From Eledone cirrhosa (lineage: Eukaryota), in NCBI GenBank assembly GCA_964016885.1, contig CAXHJY010000301.1, forward strand, positions 124,001 through 188,000: a stretch of 64,000 bases of DNA, in the 5' to 3' direction. How positions within the stretch are numbered: position 1 is the stretch's first letter; every line of letters starts with the position of its first letter. Position numbers and translations under genes: made by a program. Shown piece after piece: positions 49,202 to 64,000 of this stretch. The notes under the pieces are model-generated. The model had not been told where the DNA came from. It ran no database searches and saw nothing but the letters and a program-made list of their open reading frames with translations.

Positions 49202-52200
49202 ATAATAATACTATTTATAGTTATGTATATAGTATAAACAACTATAAACAGGAAGGTCAGTAATTTCCTACTACCTTATTACCAGTAAAAAAAATAGCTC
49301 AATGTATGAACATCAGTTGTTTTGCAGAGCAGGAAAATAAATAAATTAGACAATTATCAAAGTTGTGTTCAAATCATTTAATAGCTGACAATCGTTTCTT
49401 CCAAACTCTCATTTGGAGTCATCGGGGCATTATCAATGTTTGTACATGTAATTAACCTCCTATTCAACTGAACAATAATATAGATACATATATATTGACG
49501 TTGTGAGCAACAGTTTCGTATTTATAGGGTGGAATGGATGTGACATATATTTTACGAGAATTGTACAAAAATTAAAATTCAAATTAAAAGCACAGAGTGG
49601 AATACATGCAACAGATAATACAAGAGAATAGTCTAAAATTAAAGAGGCATTGTGAAAGGAGCTTTGAGAAAGAAAGAGTTCCTTAGCAATACATATGCAG
49701 TCGTGTAGAAAGTGCACATGCGTTAGTCATATATATGAGAAGGAAATAAGTAAAGTTATTATGCATATATAGATAAAAAAAATACTGTATTTTAAGCAAA
49801 AATGTAATGTACTAAAATCTAGTGTTTGAATTTGTGTGTGTTGAGAAGAATAAAGTTATTGCAGTCTCTTCCATTACATATGTTGAATTATATTTTAGTT
49901 CATGTTTATATTGTTTGTTTTAAGTTAGTTAAAGCAATGGATTGTAAATTAGTCTTATTGTATTTATATTCATGGACTATAGTTGTTCAACAGGTAGATT
50001 TTCCAACGGTTAAATTTCCGGAAGTGGGTAAGGTGAGCTAATGCATAAGGGGAGGTAACTAGCTAATTAAATTCAGTTATTCAAAATCTTTGCTCTAACA
50101 CAACTTTGATAATTGTCTAATTTATTTATTTTCCTGCTCTGTAAAACAACTGATGTTCTTACATTGAGCTATTTCTCTTACTGGTAATAAGGTAGTAGGA
50201 AATTACTGACCTTCCTGTTTATAGTTGTTTATACTATATACATAACTATAAATAGTATTATTATTATTTACTGCTCCATACAGTTGAGCTAACATACATT
50301 AAATTACCAGTATGCTTATCAAAGATTAGCTTCCTATGTCTACTAAGAACATACCAATACCACCTAAAGATACATACGAAAAATTATTGATTAATAGTGT
50401 CAACTCTTTTATCAATAGAGTGAGATGGAGGACATTCCATTACAATAGAAACCGTTCAGACAAAAACAGAGATATAAATAACTTCGACACTTACGGCTTT
50501 AAAACATTTAAAAGCCCTCCTCACAACACCTTATTAAACTCTTTTGAAAATGATCTAATTAAACTAGTTAAGAACATAAAATACAAAAAACATTGTAATA
50601 GAAATAACACCTTCTTAAACTACCACTATTAAAGGATTTAAAAAAAAAAAAAAAATCCTAGTACATGCAGATAAAACTAATAATATATATAACTTAGATT
50701 ACGATACTTATAGAAAATTTATATATAAGGAACTGAATAGGAGCTACAAGAAAACTACTACTAAAAACCTAGAAGATATAAATATAGAAGGCCGTAGTAT
50801 AGTGTGTAAATTAGGACTTCAGAGACATACACAGCCATACACCCCTAATCTCCCAAGATTCTCTCTGAAGGGCCATAAAGAAGACTTCATTAGTAACCCT
50901 TCAATAAGGCTAATTTGCCCTTCCAAATCTGACATTGGTATTATCAGCAAGAAAATATTAGATAGAATCATCCCACAATTTAAGCACAAAATATATCTTA
51001 ACCAATGGGGAAATACAGGTGAAGTTATTGAATGATTCAAGGGTATTAAAGAGAGTAAAAATAAAAAATTTATAGAATTTGATATCAATTCATACTACAC
51101 CTCTATTTCCCCTATCCTATTAAATAAGGCTTTAATTATGGCCATGAACAATAGTGACCTGACTAGATCCCAAATTGATGTCATACTTGCGGTCTGAAAA
51201 ACCATAATTACGTTTGAAGACCAATTATGGACCCGCAAAGATACGCATAACAACTTTGACATAACTATAGGATCTAGTACTCGGTGCAGGTCACTGATTT
51301 GGTGGGCCTATATCTACTAAATGAAATTCATAAGAACCTATCCTACCTCACTGGTGGTTTATACCGCGATGGTGCACTACTCCTTATAGACTATAAAAAA
51401 TTTAATATAGAAAAAACTAGGAAACAATTACACAAAATTTTCAAAAACTTCAACTTAAGTATCACCTTAGATAAAAACACTAAAAATGTTAACTTCCTTG
51501 ATGCTACCTTTTGCCTAGACTCTAAAATATACACACCCTATCATAAACCTAACGAAAAACTAATTTATGTGAACACCAACTCTAACCACCCTAAATCCAT
51601 ATTAAACTCTATTACTAAAGGAATATCTAATAGAATCTCTAATCTATCATATAATGAAACCATATTTAACAATAATTCACAATACTATAATGAGGCCTTA
51701 GCTAAATCAGGACATAGGAATGAGATTGAACTCCTACCTATAAAATCACATAGTTACATTATTTCTCATAATATGGCCATGAGGAAAAATAGTAAAAACA
51801 CTAGCCACTATAACTCTAGGACGAAGATTAATACCAAACTTAACTCGCACCAACGTAAACACCACAATAATAATATAAACAGGGAAATAAATACCTAAAA
51901 AAACTACTAAAAACAAAAATAGGAGAACTAATACATTCTTCAATCCCCCTTTCAATCTAAACGTCTCTACCAACTTGCCTAAGGCTTTCTTCTCAATCTT
52001 AGAAAAAAACTTCCCCTCCGGCCACAAGTACCATAACCTTATCAATAAAAATACTATTAAAATCTTGTACTCCACCACACCTAACATAGCATACCATATA
52101 GCTAGTAGTAATAAAAGGAAGATTAATAATTATTTCTAACTAATTAAAACACAACAGGAGGTAAACTTAGTACCTGTAAACAATAGTAGTAATAATAGTA

Positions 52201-54130
52201 ATAATGATTGTAGCACTAATGAAATCAATAACAATACGAATGACAGGCATCATTATTTTTAGTGCTATCCCTAGCAACCAGAATTCTTCAAAACATAGGA
52301 ACCGGCAAGCTGACATCCAGAATAAATGTAACTGTAGAACTAATAGAACTTGCCCCTTAGGTAATAATTGCTTAACCAAAGACATCATCTACTCATGCAC
52401 CGTCAATGCAAACAACTCTTCTAAAAGATATATCGGCTCTACTTCGAACAGCTTCAAGACGAGATACAACTCGCACCTCCACTCTTTAAAAAAACACAAT
52501 CTAGCCAACTCCACTTCTTTATCTAGATACATACACTCTCTGAAAACTAGGAATAGACCATTTACACTGCAATGGGAAGTAGTAGGTAGGGCCTCATCGT
52601 ATAAACCACCAAATAAATTGTGTAATCTCTGTCTTCCAGGGACCCATACTATAATCTTTTCGAAACTAGACCTCCTTAATAGAAAGTCAGAGACATTTTC
52701 CTCATGCCAACACCGATACCGTCACTCGTTCCATAACTTTAAACCTAGCTGTTAGTATATATCAATGTCAGATTTGAATTCCCCACCACCATTAACACTT
52801 CACATCTAGGACTTATCTGCCCCCACAGCTACACACTCTTTGATCAGCTCTTTCCTCTACACAACTCCTATTTATCTCTAACCTTATACTCTGCAATAAC
52901 TGTTAGAATTAAACATAAAGTTACCACCTTTTGATATAACTACTATAGCTTAATTATATTATATACAGTAATGGATATTTAATATGTAGAGACATTTAAT
53001 GTAATGTGTAAGAATAAACTATATATACAATTAAATACTTAAATTAATAACATGTATATAAGGGATCTACCTTTAACACAATGTAATAATAATAAAGTAT
53101 ATATACATTTATAATTAAATATATATAAGGGATTAATTTTTAAACAATGTATATTATTACACAAATGATATATCTATTTGGACATATAAACAGCCATACA
53201 ATTTTCCATAACATATATCTTGTCCAGTAATGAATGGATAACAATCTTAAGGGACCTTTAATGTATTATAATAAAATACACTGTATTTAAAATCAAGTAT
53301 AAATGTATAGCAGTATGTAATAGAGATTCAATTGTATCACATGTATTAGAGCAAAGATTTTGAATAACTGAATTTAATTAGCTAGTTACCTCCCCTTACG
53401 CATTAGCTCCCCTTACTCACTTCCGGAAATTTAACCGTTGGAAAATCTACCTGTTGAACAACTATAGTCCATGAATATAAATACAATAAGACTAATTTAC
53501 AATCCATTGCTTTAACTAACCTAAAACATTCAGTGCAAACATTAACTAAAATATAATTCAACATATGTAATGGAAGAGACTGCAATAACTTTATTCTTCT
53601 CAACACACACAAATTCAAACACTATCAACAAACTATGTCCACCTTAGATTTTAATACATTACATTTTTGCTTAAAATACAGTATTTATTTATCTATAGAT
53701 ACATAATAACTTTGCTTATTTCCTTCTCATATATATGACTAACGCATGTGCACTTTCTACACACCTGCATATGTATTGCTAAGGAACTCTTTCTTTCTCA
53801 AAGCTCCTTTCACAATGCCTCTTTAAATATTAGACTATTCTCTTGTATTATCTGTTGCATGTATTCCACTCTGTGCTTTTAATTTGAATTTTAATTTTTG
53901 TACAATTCTCGTAAAATATATGTCACATCCATTCCACCCTATAAATACGAAACTGTTGCTCACAACATCAATATATATGTATCTATATTATTGTTCAGTT
54001 GAATAGGAGGTTAATTACATGTACAAACATTGATAATGCTCCGATGACTCCAAATGAGAGTTTGGAAGAAACGATTGTCAGCTGTTAAATGATTTGAACA
54101 CAACTTTGATAATTGTCTAATTTATTTATT

Positions 54131-54131
<1 letters not shown>
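49198..54131 (+). mobile_element. Penelope-like element (family 4), full-length decayed ORF with inverted arm
   Basis: ORF pieces 50336-52755: STKNIPIP..RVRWR, IRLICPSKSDIG, FIEFDI, GLYRDG, FFNPPF, CNCR..CPL..CL..IIYSC..YIG..CNLC..CQH. 49198-50098 is the inverted copy of 53346-54131 plus tail. Related to family 3. Confidence 0.93.
54038..54082 (+). ncRNA. Minimal hammerhead ribozyme motif (variant core CCGAUGA)
   Basis: GCU-CCGAUGA-cUCCAAAU(gaga)GUUUGGAa-GAA-ACGAUUGU-C-AGC; GUC cleavage triplet; mirror copy at ~49384-49428. Confidence 0.77.
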
Positions 54132-57291
<3,160 letters not shown>

Positions 57292-57292
<1 letters not shown>

Positions 57293-60200
57293 TATGGAAA
57301 GTTATATTTAAATTGTTGGGTTACAACTAGTAAATATTTATAACTGATATAAAAGCACTCAACAAGTATTTGGAGTATATTTACTATATTAAATAAATGG
57401 AAACTATATTTATAAAACCATATTTATTTCATTATATATATTTCAGGGATATCATATTAACAATATGTTATGCCTTCCTCAGACAAAATACAATATAGAC
57501 AGTTTTATAGATAAATAGATTTGACATACCGTTCAACATCGACTTGTATTTGAGAAAGTTGATTTGGCAGTGAAAAAATTGTAAACAGAAAGAAAGAAAG
57601 AGAGAAAGAAGGCAAGAAAGAAAGAAAATGAAGAAAAAGAAGAAATGCATGTGACAAAATAGAGAGATGGAAAGATAGATAAAGAGAAGAACTTCATGTA
57701 AAGAAACAGAGAGAGATATATATATAGAGAGAGGAAATAGATAGAGATAGATATATATAGAGAAAAGTAGGTAGTTGGAACGTATCAATGATACATTTAT
57801 TTATTTATTTATTTAGCTCTAGTATTAATGTAAGGGAGATATATGTGGTTAGGAAAGAAACCAGCCGTTATATAGAGAGAAAAATGAAAAGTAACCAGAC
57901 ATAGGCGAGGCATAATTTAAAAACCCTATGTTTTAATGTAGAAGTATTAGTACGTATAAAAACCAGGCGCTATAATGTAAATATCAGTATTCCTGAATGA
58001 GACACGTATCCATAATGTGTGAAAAGTAATGATCTTATGTTTAGTTTTAAAAATTCATATGTTTATATGATAACTACAAACATCGATGTGAATTTACGTG
58101 ATCAATTCTGCAAACCCCTATTTCACACGGAGAACATTCTCATTGTGCTATAAAAATTTAAGTATACATATATGTGTATATATATACACATATATATAGA
58201 GTCTATATTAATTTTAACAATACTATTCTTGTCTTTACTCTACATGATTATCTATCAAGCAGAAATAGAGAACAGATTTCAATATATTAATAAAAAAATA
58301 TCAGAAACAAAAACAAAAAATAATAATGATAATAATAATAATAAATAATAATAAAATAGAAAACTAAAAAATAAAATAAAAAATAAAAAATATTACAAAA
58401 AAATATTACATATTAAAAATAAAAATATTAGAAAATATTACAATAATAAAAATAAAAATAAACCACAAAGATCAACCCTTCAAAATTAATTGACAATATA
58501 TTGCCAAGTTCATTATAAGCATCAGAGTCGAAAACAGATAAAGCTAAAAAATTTATCAAATTGCGTCTAGCAAAAATCATTTAAAAAAGTTTAGGATGCC
58601 CATTTGGTCTACATGTGTTCTTATATTTAATATAGAAGTTTATCTAGTGTAACGTTTATTCGAAATATTTGGAGCATCAACTTTTAGGGTAGTTTAATTT
58701 TTCATGAAGAATGTTTAAATAAAAATAAAAATAAAAATACAAAGAAGAAATCGAAAAATAAAAAGAAGAAATCTTCAACAGCACTATCAGGCGCACTCTG
58801 GCAACTTAAGCTAGATAACGTTAGATATTCGACGGCTTGGAATATAGTCTCAAAAGGGATTCCTTTTAATTCATCCTCTGAGACATGTGACCTCTGCGCA
58901 GAGGAGATATTCTTTATACTAAAATCTAAAAATTCCCTTAATCTACGGACAAATTTATTCAGTTGCTGCAAACATAGATTAAACTCAACTTTTAAATATA
59001 AATTTAAATTTAAAATGTAGTATATTTAGTTTGTTTTATAATTATTTAGGAAACTAGCCGATAAATCTTTCGATTTCTTCTTTTTCTTTTTATTTTTATT
59101 TTTATTTTTATTTAAACATTCTTCATGAAAAATTAAACTACCCTAAAAGTTGATGCTCCAAATATTTCGAATAAACGTTACACTAGATAAACTTCTATAT
59201 TAAATATAAGAACACATGTAGACCAAATGGGCATCCTAAACTTTTTGAAATGATTTTTGCTAGACGCGATTTGATAAATTTTTTAGCTTTATCTGTTTTC
59301 GACTCTGATGCTTATAATGAACTTGGCAATATATTGTCAATTAATTTTGAAGGGTTGATCTTTGTGGTTTATTTTTATTTTTATTATTGTAATATTTTCT
59401 AATATTTTTATTTTTAATATGTAATATTTTTTTGTAATATTTTTTATTTTTATTTTATTTTTTAGTTTTCTATTTTATTATTATTTATTATTATTATTAT
59501 CATTATTATTTTTTGTTTTTGTTTCTGATATTTTTTTTTTTTTAATTAATATATTGAAATCTGTTCTCTATTTCTGCTTGATAGATAATCATGTAGAGTA
59601 AAGACAAGAATAGTATTGTTAAAATTAATATAGACTCTATATATATGTGTATATATATACACATATGTATACTTAAATTTTTATAGCACAATGAGAATGT
59701 TCTCCGTGTGAAATAGGGGTTTGCAGAATTGATCACGTAAATTCACATCGATGTTTGTAGTTATCATATAAACATATGAATTTTTAAAACTAAATAAGAT
59801 CATTACTTTTCACACATTATGGATACGTGTCTCATTCAGGAATACTGATATTTACATTATAGCGCCTGGTTTTTATACGTACTAATACTTCTACATTAAA
59901 ACATAGGGTTTTTAAATTATGCCTCGCCTATGTCTGGTTACTTTTCATTTTTCTCTCTATATAACGGCTGGTTTCTTTCCTAACCACATATATCTCCCTT
60001 ACATTAATACTAGAGCTAAATAAATAAATAAATAAATGTATCATTGATACGTTCCAACTACCTACTTTTCTCTATATATATCTATCTCTATCTATTTCCT
60101 CTCTCTATATATATATCTCTCTCTGTTTCTTTACATGAAGTTCTTCTCTTTATCTATCTTTCTATCTCTCTATTTTGTTACATGCATTTCTTCTTTTTTT

Positions 60201-60458
60201 TCTTCTTTTTCTTCATTTTCTTTCTTTCTTTCCTTCCTTCTCTCTTTCTTTCTTTCTGTTTACAATTTTTTCTCTGCCAAATCAACTTTCTCAAATACAA
60301 GTCGATGTTGAACGGTATGTCAAATCTATTTATCTATAAAACTGTCTATATTGTATTTTGTCTGAGGAAGGCATAACATATTGTTAATATGATATCCCTG
60401 AAATATATATAATGAAATAAATATGGTTTTATAAATATAGTTTCCATTTATTTAATAT
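57292..60458 (+). mobile_element. Penelope-like element (family 6): 1.37-kb inverted arms around a GIY-YIG C-terminal remnant
   Basis: Arms 57386-58756/59068-60458. Centre 58757-59020 reads STALSGALWQLK..WNIVSK..CDLCAEE..LNLR..CCKHR (not in the ORF track); ~95-bp tail on the left. Confidence 0.88.
60358..60415 (+). ncRNA. Hammerhead ribozyme motif (canonical core CUGAGGA, long stem II)
   Basis: CUGAGGA-AGGcAUAaCAUAUU(guu)AAUAUGaUAUcCCU-GAA-AUAUAUAU-A; mirror copy at ~57429-57486. Confidence 0.7.
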
Positions 60459-60550
60459 CGTATATGCATATATATATATATATGCATATATATATATATA
60501 TATATATATATGCATATATATATATGCATATATATATATATATATATATA

Positions 60551-60588
<38 letters not shown>

Positions 60589-60604
60589 TATATATATATA
60601 TATA

Positions 60605-60671
<67 letters not shown>

Positions 60672-60673
<2 letters not shown>

Positions 60674-60995
60674 GGAGGCACATGGCTTAGTGGTTAGAGC
60701 ATTGGCCTTGCAATCAAAAGGTTGTGAGTTCAATTCTCAGAACGGGTGATGTGTTGTTTCCTTGAGCAAGACATTTTATTTCACATTGCTCCAGAAATGA
60801 GATGAGAGGGACTGTGGTCCATATCATTCCACTGCAAAGTGGTCGTGGAGGTGCCACAGCAAAAAAGCACCCAGCACTCACTGTAAATGGGTTGGTGTTA
60901 GGAAGGGCATCCAGCTGTAGAAATCAAGCCAGAATCAGTTCCCGTCCCACCCGTGCAAGCAGGGAAAAGTGGACTTAAAATGATGATGATGATGA
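60672..60995 (+). mobile_element. tRNA-derived SINE
   Basis: A and B boxes, core and tail as in 2239-2578. Confidence 0.88.
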
Positions 60996-61015
60996 TATGC
61001 ATATATATATATATG

Positions 61016-62173
61016 CATCATCATCATCATCATCATCAACGTTTAACGTCCGTGTTCCACGCTTGCATGGGTTTGGATGGGGGTAGTCCCACTTGAGGCA
61101 AGAGTGATTGTCTTGCTCGCATAGGACTGTCTGGCAGGTTTTCTACAGTTGGATGCCCTTCCTAACACCAACCACATTTACAGTGTGGGTCTGGGAGGTT
61201 TTTACCGTGTTGCCTACACGGCCACATTACAGCGTGGACTGTGTGTTTTTTTGTCGTGACACCTACACGATCTCATTTGTTTCGGCCTCGATGGCGCGGC
61301 ACCAACATAACTTTACATAGAACGGGGTCGTGTGGATGGGGTGGGGGTGGTGGTGGTGGGACGGGGTGTATTTTGTTAGAGATGCCTACTGGCTGGAGTA
61401 GGTTTTACTATATATTTAGGTAAGGCGGGTCTTCTCTGTTACTGAGTACCGCCAAAGGTCTCGGTCCAGTGACATTGTCTTGGAGAGGTGTAAGTGTGTG
61501 ATGTCGGAGTTTATCAGCTCGTCCCAGATTTTTCTAGGTCTGCCTATTCCGTGACTACCGTCTATCTTTATTGCCCTGCACTTTGTTATACAGCTATCGA
61601 CTTTCATGCGCATCACATGTCCATACCAACGTAGCCTTCTCTCGAGTAAACAACATCTGATCCCTCTTATCTCTAATTTTTTCCTTAGTTCGTTTATGCT
61701 TTGCCGTTCACGTATATTACTGTTACACATCCAGCGGAGCATGCAAGCTTCGTTCCTCTCTAGTCTGCGTATATCCTCTGCACACAATGCCCAGGTCTCA
61801 CTGCCATGCAGCATTGCTGTTCGTATGCAGGCATCGTACAACCTGCCTTTCATTTTTAGGGAGAACCCTTTAGCAGCTAATAGTGGTATAAGCTCTCTGA
61901 ACTTTTTCCAACCAGTTCTGACTCTAGCTACAGTTCTTTCAGAGCACCCTCCCCCACTGCTGATTTTATCGCCCAGGTAACAGAAGCTGTCCACTATTTC
62001 TATAGAACCCTCTGCGCAATTGAAAGAGCTAGTATTTTGTGGGCACTTGCTGCTACTTATTGCACCAGAGCACCGGCCACATGTAAAATCTATGTTCTTA
62101 GTTAGCTTACCTGTGATCCCACTACATCTTTTATGCACCCATACTTTGCATTTAGGACATAAAATGGAGTTTC
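61016..62173 (-). mobile_element. RTE/BovB-like LINE 3' fragment
   Basis: ORF 61416-62138, nearly identical to 28431-29150. Confidence 0.93.
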
Positions 62174-62227
62174 TATATATATATATGCATATATATATAT
62201 ATGCATATATATATATATATGCATATA

Positions 62228-62735
62228 TATATATATATATATATATAAACCTGGGACGATTTGATAAATTCCGACCTTACACACTTACACCTCTCTAAGA
62301 CAATGTCAATGGACCGAGACCTTTGGCGCTACACAGTAATACTGAAGACCCACCTTGCCTATGTTTATACCGAATCCTACAGTCAGTAGGGACCTCTTAC
62401 CAAATATACACCCCCATTCTATTACCCTTACTCCACCCCCACTCCCACCAACACCACCTGTGCAAATATATCAGATAATGAGATCGAGATCATGTAGGTG
62501 TCACAACAAAAAAACACACAGTCCACGCTGTAATGTGGCCGTGTAGGTAACACGGTAAAAACCTCCCTGTCCACACTGTAAATGAGGTTGGTGTTAGGAA
62601 GAGCATCCAGCCGTAGAAAACCTGCCAGATAGTCCTATATTAGCGAGACACGGTCTCCCAACCAATCTTGCCTCAAGTGGGACAACTCCCGTCTAACCCA
62701 TGCTAGTGTGGAAGACATTAAACGAAGATGATGAG
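62228..62735 (+). mobile_element. RTE/BovB-like LINE 3' end
   Basis: C-terminal codons, 3' UTR and (TGA)n tail. Confidence 0.85.
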
Positions 62736-62767
62736 ATATATATATATATATAAATATATGTATATAT

Positions 62768-63320
62768 ATCATCATCATCATCATCATCATCTTCGTTTAA
62801 CGTCCATCTTCCACACTAGCATGGGTTAGACGAGAGTTGTCCCACTTGAGGCAAGGTTGGTCGGGTGACCGTGTCTCGCTGTTCGTGTACTGGCATCATA
62901 CAATCTGCCTTTCATCTTCAGAGAGAAACCTTTTGTGGCCAACAGCAGTATAAGCTGTCTGAACTTTTTCCATCCTGTTCTGACTCTGGCTACTGTACTT
63001 TCAGAACACCCTCAACCACTGCTGATTTCATCATCCAGGTAACGGAAGGTGTCCACTATTTCTATAAAACCATCTGGGCAATAGAAGGAGCTAGTATCCT
63101 GTCGGCACTTGCTACTTATTGCACCTGAGCATCGGCCACATATAAAGTCTATGTTCTTAGATAGTTTACCTGTGATCCCACTACATCTTTTATGTACCCA
63201 TACTTTGCATTTGGGACATAAAATGGAATTTATGCCTTTTCCTTTCCTACACACTGAGCATGGCCGTTTCCCTGAGGGCACCTGTGCCCTATTTTCCTTT
63301 CTACAAACTAGAACTTTAGT
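62768..63320 (-). mobile_element. RTE/BovB-like LINE fragment, internally deleted
   Basis: Tail joined to the PHD-like finger region (CSVC..CPKC..HKRC..CGRC). Confidence 0.85.
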
Positions 63321-64000
63321 GCATATATATATATACATATATAACAACACCATTGTCTGCAGCAGCAGCAGCATCAGTGAAATGAACAACAACAACGGCA
63401 GCAGCAACAACAACAACTGCCATCACCATCACTGACCCCATCCACCACCATCACCATCATTGACACTATCCACCACCATCACCATCACCAGCGATCAGGC
63501 CTTAAGAAGAAGAAAACAACTATAATAATAGTAATAATTATTCTGTTTTTGGCACGGGGCAGCGATTGTCCCAGTGCATTGCTGGTGCCTTGTTTTGGGG
63601 CCCGGAGAGTGGAGGGCCGTTGCTCTATGCTGTAAAGCAAACAATTATTATTATTATAAAAATACTGAACTGTAAAAGTCAACAGTTGACATGATCTTGT
63701 ATCAGTACTGACGGTAATATATGTATGTGTGTGTGTGTTTGTATGCATGAGTGTTGGTGTGTGAGTGGCATGTGTGTTTATATGCATGAGTGTTGGTGTG
63801 TGAGTGAGTGTCCATAAGTGGTGTTTTTATTTTTTTAATTCTTATGACCATGCTGTAAAATGGAGGGGTAGAGAGGGCCCATGAGTCCAGTAAGACATCC
63901 TCTCTAGTGCTGGTGGCATGAATAAAAGCACCCAGTCCATGCTGTAAAGTGGCACTGGCGTTAGGAAGGGCATCTAACCAGTGTATCAATGCCAAAACAA

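Noticed and set aside
51030-51140. In-frame TGA codons in the PLE family 4 RT (and at 2762 in family 1) as selenocysteine or an alternative code
   Set aside because: They align to Trp (TGG) or Arg (CGA) positions in sister families and co-occur with frameshifts; ordinary decay.
63340-63500. Poly-Q/N/H-like coding exon
   Set aside because: Mixed CAG/CAA/CAC/CAT trinucleotide microsatellite without splice context or GALNT similarity.

Overview
Eukaryotic, AT-rich, repeat-dominated genomic DNA. The repeat families, (TA)n/(CAT)n microsatellites and tRNA-derived SINEs with RTE tails suggest an octopus or other coleoid cephalopod (inference). The only host gene is a + strand GALNT10/pgant6-like polypeptide GalNAc-transferase. 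Five internal GT-AG exons (10845-22450) splice in frame, and the flanking introns are >10.8 kb and >41.5 kb. Nearly everything else is transposon-derived: many RTE/BovB-like LINE fragments with a PHD-like finger, one almost intact LINE of a second RTE-group family, a CR1-group fragment, a mariner relic, six SINE copies and LINE-derived minisatellites. The most striking feature is a cluster of at least six different Penelope-like element (PLE) families. They are inserted in (TA)n tracts as fold-back palindromes with arms of about 64 bp to 1.6 kb. Each family carries a minimal hammerhead-ribozyme motif with its own catalytic-core variant (UUGAGAA, UUGAAAA, CCGAAGA, CCGAUGA, CAGAAGA, CUGAGGA, CUGAUGA), often with a palindromic stem III. 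Several also share a promoter-like motif in their 3' UTR/pseudo-LTR. Repeat boundaries were read by eye and are approximate.
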